64,000 nt of DNA, from assembly GCF_031769215.1 (NCBI RefSeq), contig NW_026781864.1:496001-560000 (forward strand). The letters run 5' to 3'. Below the pieces are notes generated by a model that was given only the letters and a program-made list of their open reading frames with translations, ran no database searches and had not been told where the DNA came from. Below are positions 24,401 through 37,544 of the stretch, in pieces. Source of the stretch: Ylistrum balloti. Lineage: Eukaryota. Within the stretch, counting starts at the first letter, position 1. Each line of letters begins with the position of its first letter. The position numbers and the translations under genes are program-made.

Positions 24401-27260
24401 CGTTTTGTTCAAATCCAGCCCGTTTGTACAAAGGGAGCACGACATGGAGTTCCTGCAGGAAGAAAGCGACAGTTTCTATCGTGGTGGAACACTTCATTGG
24501 CGGACTTGGTACAGTTGTGAAGCAGGTCATTTTGATATAGAGAGAGATATTTACAGAAACGCCAAAACAGTCATTCAGACAAATATTCAGAAAGAGAAAT
24601 CAGGTCTGGTGACACTGTGTCATGCCCCTGGTGCCGGAGGTACAACACTTGCCCAACGTCTCGCCTGGGAATTCCATGAGAAAATTCCAACAGTACATGT
24701 AAGGAACAATAGTTTCAGTCTCCTCGATATTGTCCCAAGGATTGAATTCATTTACAGTAAAACACGGAAACCAGTCCTGGTACTTATTGATGGAGAAGAC
24801 GAGCAAAAGGTGTTTCATCTAATGCAGTATCTAAAAAGAAGTTGCATTACCATCATTTTGTTTGTGAAGAGGCGTCTCTGTAAGCCACAAGTTAGCAAAG
24901 ATGACACCGAACAGCTGTGGTTAAGTGGCATCGTTTCTACGAAGGAAGCAAAACAGTTGACCCTGAAGTTGTCAGTTCACTGCAAGGATGACGAAAGAAA
25001 GAAAAGGAATTTGTCTAGATTGTGTAAGGAGACCGAGCAAGGAAAACGGCACCATCTGATCAATTTTGGTCTCACTGTTTTTCTGCATGAGTTTAGGGGT
25101 ATATCGTCCTTTGTACAAGGCTACTTGCCCGTCTCGGGACACGTAGAGTCACCAACAGCTGACCAGAACATATTGCTCTTTCTAGCAATTGCGTATTTCT
25201 ATGGGCACACATCACTTCCTTGTCAGTTCTTCAGCGAACTTCTCCACTTACCAGCAAACTATTGTATAGATCTAGATGATTTTCCACAGTCGGTCCAGTC
25301 TTTTGTTGTCGAAGACGAAGGAGAAGGTAAGAAGTCAAACATTCGGATTTGCCATAATCTGGTGGCAAAAGAAATCCTTGATCATGTTTTGTCACGAGGA
25401 AGAAATCCAAAAGACTCAATACAATTAGGACTTTCTGAACCAGCACGACATAAACTTGCATCTATTTGCTTAGAGTTTATAAGATACGCAAGCAGAAGGG
25501 AAAAAAGGGGTTCAATTTCGTCAAATACAGTTGTACACTGCTTGAGACAAATTTTCGTTGTACGGGATACTTTGGATATGAATCAGGGATCCGAACATCT
25601 GACGAGAAAGACTCTCATTTCAAAGGTTTTAATGGACATTAGATCTTCACCGCCATTGTACAGTGAAAGGTTAGAGGTTTTGAAGAAACTCGTTCAAGCG
25701 TTTCCTGATGATCCAAGTTTCATAGCACATCTTGGTAGGTTTTACGCAAACTGTCTTCCACATGAAGAGAAAGAGACTGAGAAATGTTTTCTTAAGTCTC
25801 TTGAGTTGTGTGAAGCCAATACCAGAGGAACCAGTGATGGGAAAATAAACGACAGAACGAGGCTCCCTATGATGTACATATATCATATGTATGGCATGTT
25901 TCTACTGAAACTGATCAAACGTGAAACCGGAAATGGTACCTTCGGCGCCGTTACGGGTAGCTCGGAATCAGAAAAAGCATCTAGAAACATAGATGAACTT
26001 CTTACTTTAGTTAAACAAGCATGTTCGCTGTTTGAAAAGTCCAGGATGTACACGCCTGTTGAACAGGAAAGTGGCTATGGTTATACCGGTGAAATTGAAG
26101 CTCGTCTTCATTTTTGTGATTTTCTTCAAAAAGAAGAATCTTTTCTCAGAAGTACATTTGAGATCACCCGTGAGAAAGTGAATATCTTTGTCAGAAAAAG
26201 TATCCCGATTATAGATCAACTTATAAACGAATGCACGAAAGAGTCACCTCGTCAAAAAGAAATCGGCTACTTCATTAACAAGTACACCCGATGGTACGAC
26301 CACCTGTTTAAGGGAAAAGTTTTCACTTTGGAACAGATGGAAGACTGCTGTGACATTGATTCATGTCGACTGGGAATCGCTTTGACAAAAATTAACCACA
26401 AATCAGGGACCAGAAGTAGCGTCAATATCATGGACGATATCAAGAACAAGGAAGACATAGAGAACATAGTGAAATTGTATGAAAAGGTTTTTGAATTGGT
26501 CGATGTCTGTGATACGTACAGAGAGCAAAAGGTTTTAGAAACGAACCTTATTGATTGGTTGAGAGCAATCAGACACAAAGAAATGACCACAGAATACAGC
26601 ATCGAGCATGTTCTTGGACTTGTAGCGAAAATCTATAACATTGTATCATCACCAGTTGTGAAGTTTTACATCTTCGTCCTGAAAAGTTTGTTAGGGTTTG
26701 GAATTTGCTCAGAGTCAAGACAGGTGGATACCAGTGTCCTTTATGATGCCAAGCAACTAAAGACTGATCTCAAAGCTTGTGGAAATGACGTGATGAAGTC
26801 CAGATACCCTAGGGAATGGATAGGGAATTCTGGAAATGGAATCAAGCTTCTAATCCCGGGATTTCAGTGCACGTCCTTGATGCCAGAACACAGGTTAACT
26901 AGGCATTTTCCACTGCTATATGTCTTCAAGGGATCAGTGTGTCATCCAAACAAGAAGAGGCTCGCAGGATTTATCAGTCTAGACCTTGGCGAAAACACGT
27001 GCCCGGTGGAAGTCTTCTTCATACCTGATATTGCAAATATGACAGGCTCCCAGCATGCAGGACGTAGGGTGGAGTTCACGCTCGCATTCAGTATTGAAAA
27101 TGGATATGAGGCTTTCAATGTGACTTCTTTGAAGAAATATAAATGCATACACTTTCCATGTGGGGCTAGTGTTGAAATCACCTCTGCTGAAGAGTTTGGT
27201 GTTTGCTATGCTTGTAAACGGGCGGTTTACAGAAATGACTTCCTTGAAGAAGATAAATGA
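21439..27260 (+). CDS. SAMD9-like STAND NTPase, 1650 aa, with N-terminal RHIM-like motif in place of SAM
   Basis: Exons 21439-21457 (MADREK, donor C|gtgagt), 21785-21883 (phase 1-1), 22426-27260 (open from the acceptor through the track ATG at 22518; in-frame TAA at 22401-22403 lies upstream of the acceptor); total 4953 nt. SAMD9-family motifs: HDLKF...SMWNT...YIVLGIFD (AlbA_2), RWLAVFDFDP (SIR2-like), HAPGAGGTTLAQRLAWE (Walker A variant, 24621-24650), VLVLIDGED (Walker B), IAHLGRFY (TPR-like), VFFIP...VEFTLAFSI (OB fold). Confidence 0.88.
21785..21883 (+). other. 99-nt symmetric (phase 1-1) exon encoding a RHIM-like motif
   Basis: tttacag|GAGTAGTC...GGAAAAAAAG|gtgtgt; translates (R)VVFKITNYFGNQGIQVGDCNTMQIAEMLSGKK; IQVG core at 21826-21837. 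Confidence 0.8.
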
Positions 27261-27930
27261 GAAATCTGCACAATCATTATAGACTGGTTCAAGAATCATA
27301 CTCTTATCCCACAAAATAACTAATACTTCTGTGGACTTATTTCTGTAAATGAGCGTTATCATTAATAGCCCATTCAATTTGAATGGCAACAATTTATTTA
27401 TGCAGTGGCAACTAAAAGATGGGAAAATAATTCAACTTGTCAAAACATCTTGGGCCATTGCAAAATATTATGCTAAATGATAACCAAATGCTTAAGATCT
27501 GTTGGTAAGTGTGAAGAAAGTGTGTAAAGTTTTATTGAAAACAACCAACAAGCCTGAAGCAGTTATCTAGACAAAGACCTTCCAACAAAGGGGTATAACT
27601 CCATGAGTATCAGAAACACAGCCTCAGGAGATGTGTATGATATGTGAAAAGGTTACTTTCTAGTACCAGGTAGTTTAGACTGAGTTGTGTTGACAAATCT
27701 TTCAACAATGAGGTATAACTCAAAATATGACAACTACGCATCTACATGATCACAAATAATTGCATAATTATATTAGAATTATATTAGAAAGAACCATTTT
27801 TCCAAAATTAGATTTGTTACTTTGAAGCTATGACATCATGATGCAAACAATGTGAACCTTCAGCCAATCACAGGTCCACTAGGTCATATTACACGAGTAA
27901 TAAACATCAAAGACGAATACCAACATGTTG

Positions 27931-28554
27931 CCGGTGTAGCATGGAATTGAGAAGCATGGGGAAAGGAACCGGGGTCAAAATACCATAATGGTGAAATGAA
28001 CCCCTCCCACATAGTGAAGTGAAGCCACTTAATATTTTGTTTTCAGTCTATGTTTCTGCACTTAATTTCTTATCACTTTGATTAATCAAATTCCTCCAAA
28101 CATAATAAAATTGATTACTAAAAATGGTTGGGCAAATTTAGGGTGGGGCTGGGCCTTGGTAGAGTGAAGCATTACACAATTTTCTTAGTGGTTAAATTTT
28201 TTTACAAATATTTTGGGTATTCACCTTGATTCAGTCATACAGATAACAAAAAATATGTCTGGGGTGGGGAAATTTAGGGTGGGGCAGGGGGATGCTTCAC
28301 CTCACCATGGCCAGACATATTTTTTATTATTTATGTATTTATATGATTGGATCAGGGTGAATTGCAAAACATTTATGTATTGAGGAACATAATTAACTAA
28401 ACTGAAAAAAATTAAGTGAAGAAACAGCAATTGAAAACAATATATAAAGTGGCTTCATTTTACCATGGAGGGTGGGGGGGGTTCATTTCACCATAATAGT
28501 GAAATGAACCGCGGTTCACTTTACCATAGGCTTCACTTTATCATACTACATCGG
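27931..28554. mobile_element. MITE with imperfect TIRs and subterminal repeats (Tc1/mariner-pogo-like)
   Basis: Left ccggtgtagcatg versus right catactacatcgg followed by TA; repeated inverted motifs ggtgaaatgaacc / ggttcatttcacc and aagccactt / aagtggctt near both ends. Confidence 0.7.
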
Positions 28555-29629
28555 TATCTGAATTCAAATTAGAAACTAGAGCAAAATATGAACAAAAAAC
28601 AGCAAAAATAAAATAATGTAGAGTTCTGAAAAAAGGAGAAAGGTAAGGGTCTTCTACTTAATAATTAGTGTTAAATTCCCATTGTTTGTAATCTCACCTT
28701 GAATTCTTTTACAAGTGTTTGAGAAAATAGAAAAATAAATTTTTTTTTTTTCCTAATGTTAAAATTGTCCACTTTACTTCATTTTTCTATCACAGTATTA
28801 GTTGTATTTAATCCATATAATTTTAAGACTGTTGAATATCGAAAAAACACACACAATCAGGAAAAATATCCAAAAACGTTTTCTAAATTTTTGAATTTAT
28901 TTGTTTGGGTGACATAACATGCTCAATAAACAAGTTTTCTAATCAATCACAGTACCTTGGTATATCTAAAATTTTAATATTATTTACAACAACAAATTAT
29001 GTACGACACAAATGTTTGAAGGCAAACTTGTATCATACTTCAATTTTTCCATATATGGCGTGTTTATAGACATGTTAAAATGTAAAGACTTGTCCCGATC
29101 AGTAAAATAATAATTTTGTTAAAAACAGAATTACCACAGATTATACGAAAATGATAACACAATGAAAACATGAATCAATGGATAAAGACTTATCCACGTG
29201 TAAAATTTTTGTCATACTTATTTCACCTCCAGAACAAGGTAATTGTGAAATCCAGGAAAGTCTGACTAAATCCTCGCTTTGTAACATTGCATTTTATCAT
29301 TACCTCATAACTATACAGCAAAGCTTTTCTGTTAATGATCACTGTTATATGTACTGTTGCTGTGTTTATTCTTGTACTTACAAAATCTTAAAATATACAT
29401 ATATATATATTTTTTTTTTTTTTTCAAAATGTGTGTTATCAAAATCATGGTATAATTACATTAACTTGAAGAAGACACTGTCTTTGATCCCCTTAATGCT
29501 GAAATGTGTATATAGAAAATGTTGTCATTCATAGAACTGATGTAATTCCTACATATTATAGATTTCAACTTCTATTTACAATTCCTAACACAACTTTATA
29601 ATCTACTGAAAGTTGTTGTGAAATGGATT

Positions 29630-29815
29630 GTATCCAATGAATTCATCAGTTTTTCCATTATGTCCAACGTAATCATCACATTTTTCACTATATCAAACTT
29701 AATCATAACATTTTTCACTATGTCCAATGAACTCATCATGTTTTTCACTATGTCCAACATAATCATCACATTTTTCAATATATCAAACTTAATCATCTCA
29801 TTTTTCACTGCCAAA
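29630..29815. repeat. 30-bp minisatellite, about 6 copies
   Basis: ttttcactat(g/a)tc(c/a)aac...aatcatcaca with 30-nt period; source of the ORFs 29596-29814 and 29618-29827. Confidence 0.85.
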
Positions 29816-31129
29816 TTAATGTTGTAAACAATTTACTAATTTATGTTCCTTCAGTAGCTAGACACTAAACTGATCAATTCATGTTCATAGTTAATATGAA
29901 TTGATCAGTTAGAATTGATAAAAAAATCCAATTAATATTTATATTGGCTATGAATGACAAACATGGAAACAGTTTATACATAATATTTTATAAATACTTC
30001 AATCAATGCGATGCAATTCAGCTTTGAGTTTCATTTGAATAAATAAAAGAACCAAAATTCTAAAAATAGTTGGTAGCAACCTACAGTCAAGTCTTTGCAT
30101 TCATAGCTGATGTAAATGCCAACTTAAGCTGATAAGTGTTATAAAAAGGTTGATAGTACCCTAAAATCATGTCCTTATATTCATAGCTGATATAAATGCC
30201 ATCAAAAATTGGCTGTGTTAAACAGTATATTGCAGTGGTCAATATATTTTAACATCACCGATCATTGGGTAAAGTTTTAAATATTTATCAGATAAGATTT
30301 TGATGTTGAAATACTTTATTGTTATAGAGAGATGTTTTCTAAGAACATTTCTGCAAATATATAAACAGTATTAGTGCAATAGAAAGCTTTTCAAAAATAT
30401 ATTTTTACATATTTATCTTCAAAAGTTGAGATGTAAACTGCTAAGTTATCATTTACCAAAACATTCCAAGCCAAGTTCAGTACATGAAACAGTATGACAG
30501 TTTTTCAGTTGTCTATCTTAAAGTTACCTAGGGGTATCATGGTTACCCATTACAGCACTCACCAATGATGATGTTCTTCAGTCAGATCAGGATAACATTG
30601 TCATATAAGGTTGGTGAGACCAATCCTGACATTCCATTGTTTAATTCACTTTTACTTTTTTCTACTACTATACTTAAGAAATGCATTCTGCTACAAATAC
30701 TTTAAAATATTAAGGAAAATTTGTGGTAGAAAATGATCTACTTCTTCATCAAAACATATTCAAACTGCTAAAAATACTTTAAAATATTACGGAAAATTTG
30801 TGGTGATCTACTTCCTCACCAAAACATATCCAAAGGATTTTAAATTCTTGCTATCTCGTATTCCAAGATTAATTGGAAATGTTTCTTTGAGAATAAAGAT
30901 GGGGAAAATACATAGTATAATGTACACGGTATAAAGACATGTGTGTTGAACATTAACACAAGGTAAGCACTACAGTTGGCTCTACAATGGACGGAGATAG
31001 GTATATAGTAGAACAATACTACATCTGTACACACTGGTAATGATAACAAATTCTCCAAATGTAAACTTGATGACATAAAATGTTTATGAATCATAATAAA
31101 TGATAGAAATGAACACGTTGAGACTTTCC

Positions 31130-34100
31130 TTAATAATTTGGATCTTCTATTTGTGTTGTAGCTTTTCCAAATAAATATTCTTCAAATTTAGAGAGCTGCT
31201 GAATGAATCCTCTGTTTGGTCGAACTGTTGAGCAGCATTGTGTGAGATGACCATAAGCCTCCTGAAACCAACAAATTACAGGAATATTGATATCTACCTG
31301 AGAGTATGCAAATTGTGCATGTATACCCGAAAATATCTATGAAATGATTATACATGTATAATATTACATGATCATAGTGGTAAAATATGATAAACTTCAT
31401 AATACATATAATTTGTAGTATATGACAGTTTGTATATCAAAATGAAGAAAACTATCATGTTACCTTACAGTTTCCTCAAATTCCCACACCAGATATTAGA
31501 CATTTTAACTCAACCCCTCCCCCTCCATTTCCATCCCTCCCAGACATGTCAAAATATCAAATGTCAGATGTAGGAGATGGAAACCCCTTGGGCTAGGTGC
31601 AGCAAATTTTGTATGAATATGGGTTTCAAATCATTGTTGAATTCTTCTATAGTTGTATATCTTAAAATTTACACATAAATTTAATAACTATTCAGGGTTT
31701 TCCATAAGAGCCGGTCACCGGCCAATTTGACCGGCTACTTTGATCATTTAGCCGACTACACCAATACAGTTCCGTAATAATGTTCTGTACACGACTACAC
31801 GTACACGGCAGGCCAGCCTCCTACTTTCACTACACAGCCTGCTACTAACAAAATTATGGAAAACCCGGACTATTTAATAAAACAGACTTCCAGGCATGAC
31901 ATTACCTTAAGTGTCCATTTGTAGTGGTGCATGAGGTAGGCAACAACCACTGTGGCACTACGACTGATCCCAAGGGAAGAGAACACCAGCACTGCTTCAT
32001 TCTTCTCCTTGTGTGTGTCTGTAACAAAATGTTACATATAATGGATTACCTCCCCTTAATGAAATGATACCTAACTTTCAGGGATAATAAATGGTACCTT
32101 TATAAGGGCACAAGTAACTTTCCGATACAGAAAGTGATATAGTATTTTTTTTTTTTCAAATAATCTTTATTAATTTTACAACAATTGCGAAGCAAGTTTT
32201 TCCAACTTTTGTTGGCTCGGAACGAAACACATGAGGGGTCTTAGTGTGGGAGGAAACTGAAGTACCCAGGGAAAACACACATGGTTGAGTAGGTGACCCC
32301 ATACCTTTTCACATCCATTCCGGGAATCGAACCCCAGACCGCTAGGTGAAAGGCGAGAGTCTTACCACTGCACCACTCGATTATTTTAAAAAAAAAAGAT
32401 ACAGTACTCACCTATGAAAGCACAAGCATGCTGTAGTTTACTGTAGAGGTCAGCTTCTGCCTCATCATTGACCTGTAGGTGTAACAAATGGGGTCCAGGC
32501 TCTGAAAAGCTGTACACAAACATATCGGTAATATACTTGTTGGCATATCTCTCTCCAGTACATTATACATAAAACAATATATCCAGAAGTCACTTTTATT
32601 AAAATGCAATTGACTTCAATTTTGAATAATTGCAAATCATGAATCTAGAATAATTTGTTGTTTTTCAATGTGAAAAACTTATCATAATCCTGATTATGAA
32701 TAACAATAAAGATCAGATTACAAAATAAAAAGTGATGCTCATAATGATAGGGAAGTTAAAAAAGAATATGGTTATAATCTACTCCATTTTTAGGCAAAAG
32801 TATAACCAGTTTCTTATAACCACTTTTAATTCCACAGCCTACCAACAATCTTTTGACATCCCTTTTGGAAAACTGGAAGCTCCAAATTTGTATTAACAAA
32901 TATCAACAAAATTTGCTGTATTAACAAGTACCAAATATTTGAAAAGTACTTATATTAAACCTTCTTTAGCTTAGTAAGGTTCTAAGAGTAAAATGCTGTA
33001 CTATGTTAATACTATGTTACTATGTTTTTACTAGTACTTGATTTTGAAATTCATGAGTAAAAGGAATGCTCCATAATATTGAGGTGAAAATTTTGAAAGT
33101 TTAAAGCTTCCAAGCAGAGTGTGCTTGTAAGTTTACCACTCTAAGTCCCACCATTGTCTTGTTTTAGAAAGTATCAACAGACCAAACATCAATTTTATAA
33201 CATAGTTTTTATGTCAATAACTCTACATAGGAGAAAAACTTTCATATATCTGACTCCATCAAAAACGTCTTACAATGTTTCTGACTCCAAACAGCAGTTG
33301 ATATGACCTTTGATCTTTAAGTCTTTCTGAATGTATCTGGCATTGCCTTGTCTCCAGTTTCCCAGGTATAGAAACCCATGTATGATCTCAATAGGGTAGG
33401 ACTTCATCTCATCCATTTCCTGTCAAATCACAAAAACAGACACCAGTATATACTCTAGGTACAGAAACCTGTGTACATATCATATCAATGAGACAGATAC
33501 AGTCTGCTCAAAGAAAATACAAAAGGCCCAAGCTCCTGAACAGTGTGAACCCACAAATGGAAACAATTGGACAGAGGAGTCTTACCTTATGACTCTTCAC
33601 TCCAAGATGGGTATTTGGGTATAAAGAAGATTTTTGAAATTTCGGTCAATTTGAACATTTTCTATCATGCCCATCATCCCCCAGGGATCAGCCAATGTAA
33701 AGCATCTTCAGACCCTTCCATCCATGAAGAGTATTTGATTCTAACAAATTTGAGTATTAAGTAGAAGATTTTTGAAATTTTGGTCAATTTGATCCCTTTT
33801 GGTCCTGCCCATCAGCCCCTTGGGGTCAACCAGGGTTAGCGTGTGCATGAAATCATACTGTCGTTCTATATGCACAAACAATTCTAACCAAGTTTGATCT
33901 TTCCAAATTGGGCTCAAAAATGTAATTCCTATAAAAACTATTGTAAATTTAACTCCTTCCTTAGGGGGAAATGTGAGATCCTTGGGCCGCAAAATTTTTA
34001 ATTTTGGTAAAACACCTTCAGACCCTTTCATCGATGAACAGTATTTCATTCTAATATATTTGGGTATTGAAAAAAGATTTTTAAAAGATCAGTCAATTAG

Positions 34101-37100
34101 ACCCTTTTTGGCCTCGTCCCTCAGTCCCCTAGGTGCTGGGGACCATACAATTTACAATTTTGGTTTAGCCCTTTGGCCATGGAAGGTTTCTACCAATTTT
34201 TATTGAAATCGGTTCAGGGTAAAATGAACTGGCTAAGACAACATGAACATTCTTCATTTACAGTACTGACTATTGAATATATAATCAGTGAGTAATATAT
34301 GATTCATCAGATTATTTCCATATACAAAGAAATTGTGTCATTGAAATATGAAGAAAATGTAATCAAGTTACACAGTAAATTTCGCTAAAATCAATTATAA
34401 TTATGATCACAAGAAACTGAAAAGTCTGTAATTACTAATTACTCTTGAATACTTTGAAACTTGTAATTGATTATGTTTACAGGATTACAATTTAATTGCC
34501 TCATGCCTGGAGCTATTTTTTATCATTTTTTTTTTTTTTGTTATCAATATCATCAATACAAACCTTTGGCATGAACATAATTTTCTGTGTTCTCAGGAAT
34601 GGATACAGTGCTGAGAATTCCTCATAACCACCTGTTTACAGTGAAAAAAGCATGCTCTTGTGTTAAGGTGTCAGACTTCTAAACATGCAATTGTTACAAC
34701 AAGTTTTAATACTAATTTACATCTAGGATATAGCATTCCTCTCTGTTAGTTGTTTTCTTATTCATACAGAAAGATTAGATATGTAAATTTCCTTGTACTT
34801 GATACCGATATTTCAACCCAGCATGCTTACCTGTGGCCCCCTGAACGTATTGTAAGGGGTACGTGTAGTTATTAATACACAGTGTAGTTTTTATCAATAT
34901 AAATACCTGTTTCACAATGTCTACTTATCTTGGTGTCTCAAAAAACCACTGACTGTCAGTAAAAATATCTAACAACTGTAGTTACCAGTAATAATAATGT
35001 GGATATGAGATTAAGTCTTACTGGCATTAATCAACAATCTGTTGTAACAAGATAATTAATATATAGGATATTGATATTAGTTATTAGAAACATCTTATTA
35101 GGCTTGACTTCTGTAAGTTAAATGTTATGTGTTATAGAACTTACCTTTTAGTATTTTAACTCTATTTCTACTTCCTTTATCCCATAGCATCATCCCACAG
35201 TCTATGGCTTGACCTAATAATTACAAAATTTTCAAATCTCTGATATAATTCATAGATTCGTAGTATTTCATGAGAATGGATTATAACTCTGAAATTGTTC
35301 CTGGTGTGATATCAAGTGAACTCTTTTATATTTAAGAATTATGTTGTATATGAAGGAAATGAAATCACACATGACATTATTGTCCAAGTTCAAATCTTTT
35401 GGATATATATCTAATACTCACCTCCTTCACGGATTGTTTTTGTGTTACTGTCATAAACAACGACATTTTGTTTACACTCCAGTTCAGCATCATAAGGAAC
35501 TCTAAAAGACCCTTCAGCATCCTGAAAAAAAAAGTAAAGAATTTACTTATAAATGAAGATAAAACAGAATATTTATCTGGCATCATGTTTATATGTTCTG
35601 CCTTTAACCCTAACCTTAAGCTTATTCTGATAGCATCTACATACATACCAAACTTATATTTTGGGAGGAACTTAGCCGTAGACAAATATGGTGGTCAATA
35701 TGATAATCGTCATAGGAAAAATCCTCAAAATACCATCCAGATTATCTTGTGAGACATCCAACAGGTACAGTACCTAACAGTGACCCATTACTCAAATGAC
35801 ATGTATTTTTACATCTACAATTGCAGATCTGAATTTCTTAAAATAATCACCAACTATCTCCATTATCAGTTTCTGAAAAGTAGGACAATACACATTACTT
35901 GAAACAAAATTGACAATTCTTTGAATTTTTTACTTCATTTCTTTGTCCTTGACATGAATTGTTGTATAAATAACTGCACCAGTCACTTCACATCATTTTT
36001 ACATAACAAATGTTAAATACGGGTAAATGTAATTAATTGTGAATGCCAAAACATTAATATCATACCTTTGGTGCTTTCTTAGCAGTTACAACATGACTTT
36101 CATTATATTCATTTTTATTCCTTGCATCTGAAAGTAACAAAATTAATAATAAATGAATGTGTTTCAAAAGGAATCAGAAAGTCTAGGATACCTGCTACTT
36201 TAGCAGCTTAATAGCTACAATTCATAAGCAGCTTAATAGCTACATTTCATTAGCAGCTTAACAGCTACATCTCGCATATAGAAGGTCTGATCCCTATGTG
36301 CAAGAGAGAATGAAATTAAAATGAAAAGGCTAATATAGGATAATGAATGATAATATTAGGAGCATAGTAAATAAGCATTCATATCTTGAAAGTTAAAAGG
36401 TCTAACTCTGGACCTCTCAGACTAACAACAATGCTTTTTGCATTTCTGAGTAGCAATTCAACCACAAACAGTATCACTGAAAACATAGACCCTTTTGCGA
36501 TAATCTTCTTTCAGCACTTTTCATGTCAAAGATATTGTGCTAAAATATGATTGCACAAAGAGGAATACCTCCTATGAATTCCGATCAAAAGAGCTTTCTG
36601 AAATTTCTCCATTTCTCAAAATAGTCTAAAACTTCCCTTTTTTCCACAATATTACCCAAGTTGTAGATTAACTCATTAAGTAGGAACACAATTTGTTTCT
36701 ATTGTTAATATGGTAAACACACTTAATTTTGCATAAACAAATTTGAGCCCATAATCTTTTTTTGTCAAATAAGTGCAATGATAAATTCATGCATCCAAGC
36801 AGTGTATAAAACTGCAAATATTGAAATCATGTTTAAGTGTAATTCAGTGCAAAAAGCACTTGATATAGGCTACTGCTAAAATATGTTCATTTATAGTAAC
36901 AATTGTTCAAAATTGATAATATGCTAAAATGTGACAATTCAAAATATGTGGTCCTGCAAGTATTATATAATAAACTGTCAAAAAATCAGGTTTTATTTCA
37001 TGTCATCATAAGCTTTGTAATCTTTGTCTCCTTTGGTTCAATGACCTAGAAGGTTTTGTTTACATGAGTCTTATTTAAAACTCAAACTGTAATTCACTTA

Positions 37101-37544
37101 AATACATCTTCAAGTGGAATGTAAAACTAATAAACAAGCAAAGAAAATTTGACACACACACCTAGCCCATTAAACAAAATGACCTAATTCATAAGGTTGT
37201 ATGTTCCTGTTTCAAAAAATAGGGGGGATATGAAGTAATAATTTCAAAGACTCGCTTCATATATTGTAATAAAAATTGTAAATTAAAACAGGACGATAGT
37301 AGACTGAAATTTAAAGTGTGTTATATACGTCTCTGACTGAACAGGGTAAAAAAGTGTTATTGGCAAAAAGGCTTACGATAACACGAAGACATGAAACTGA
37401 TACTGAAACGTACAAAGTAAAAGAACTATTCTTACCTATCAATAGTAAATAATTAGGGTCGCTTAAATTCGAATAAATGGTAGCTTGCTGAAGCATATTA
37501 TAAAGATCTGTTGGCTCTAAAATGTCAAGTCCTTCCATTTCCAT
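31130..37544 (-). CDS. STYXL1: Serine/threonine/tyrosine-interacting-like protein 1 (MK-STYX pseudophosphatase), 298 aa, complete
   Basis: Exons (minus): 37544-37436, 36127-36066, 35521-35422, 35213-35145, 34631-34564, 33419-33274, 32509-32412, 32018-31906, 31261-31130 (897 nt). [30 protein letters not shown]...YNESHV (rhodanese-like); GGYEEFSALYPFLRTQKI; YPIEI...QKDLKIKGHIN; VLVFSSLGISRSATVVVAYLMH; RPNRGFIQQL. Confidence 0.95.
31693..31868. mobile_element. Small MITE with CAGGG-type TIRs in STYXL1 intron 8
   Basis: cagggttttccataa ... ttatggaaaacccgg inverted termini. Confidence 0.6.
32235..32380 (-). mobile_element. tRNA-derived SINE with V-domain-like core
   Basis: Minus strand: gtggtgcagtggtaag (A box), ggggttcgattcccgg (B box), then ttttccctgggtacttcagtttcctcccaca resembling the V-SINE core. 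Confidence 0.75.
33505..34215. mobile_element. Helentron-associated non-autonomous element with internal degenerate tandem units
   Basis: Starts acaaaaggccca...gtgaaccca; internal repeats aagaagatttttgaaattt..ggtcaatttg and aaaacaccttcagaccct..catc.atgaa; approximately reverse-complement relative of the units at 46440-47450. Confidence 0.55.

Noticed and set aside
21439-27260. Bacterial contamination or recent HGT of an Avs/SAMD9-like defence gene
   Set aside because: The gene has two canonical spliceosomal introns and is embedded among animal genes and transposons.
29596-29827. ORFs with 10-aa periodicity resembling LRR or coiled-coil repeats
   Set aside because: Translations of a 30-bp intergenic minisatellite.
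20100-31100. An adjacent RHIM-bearing effector gene (as in fungal NLR-amyloid pairs)
   Set aside because: I found no second (I/V)Q(I/V)G-type motif or death-effector ORF by eye in the flanks; any partner would be elsewhere in the genome.
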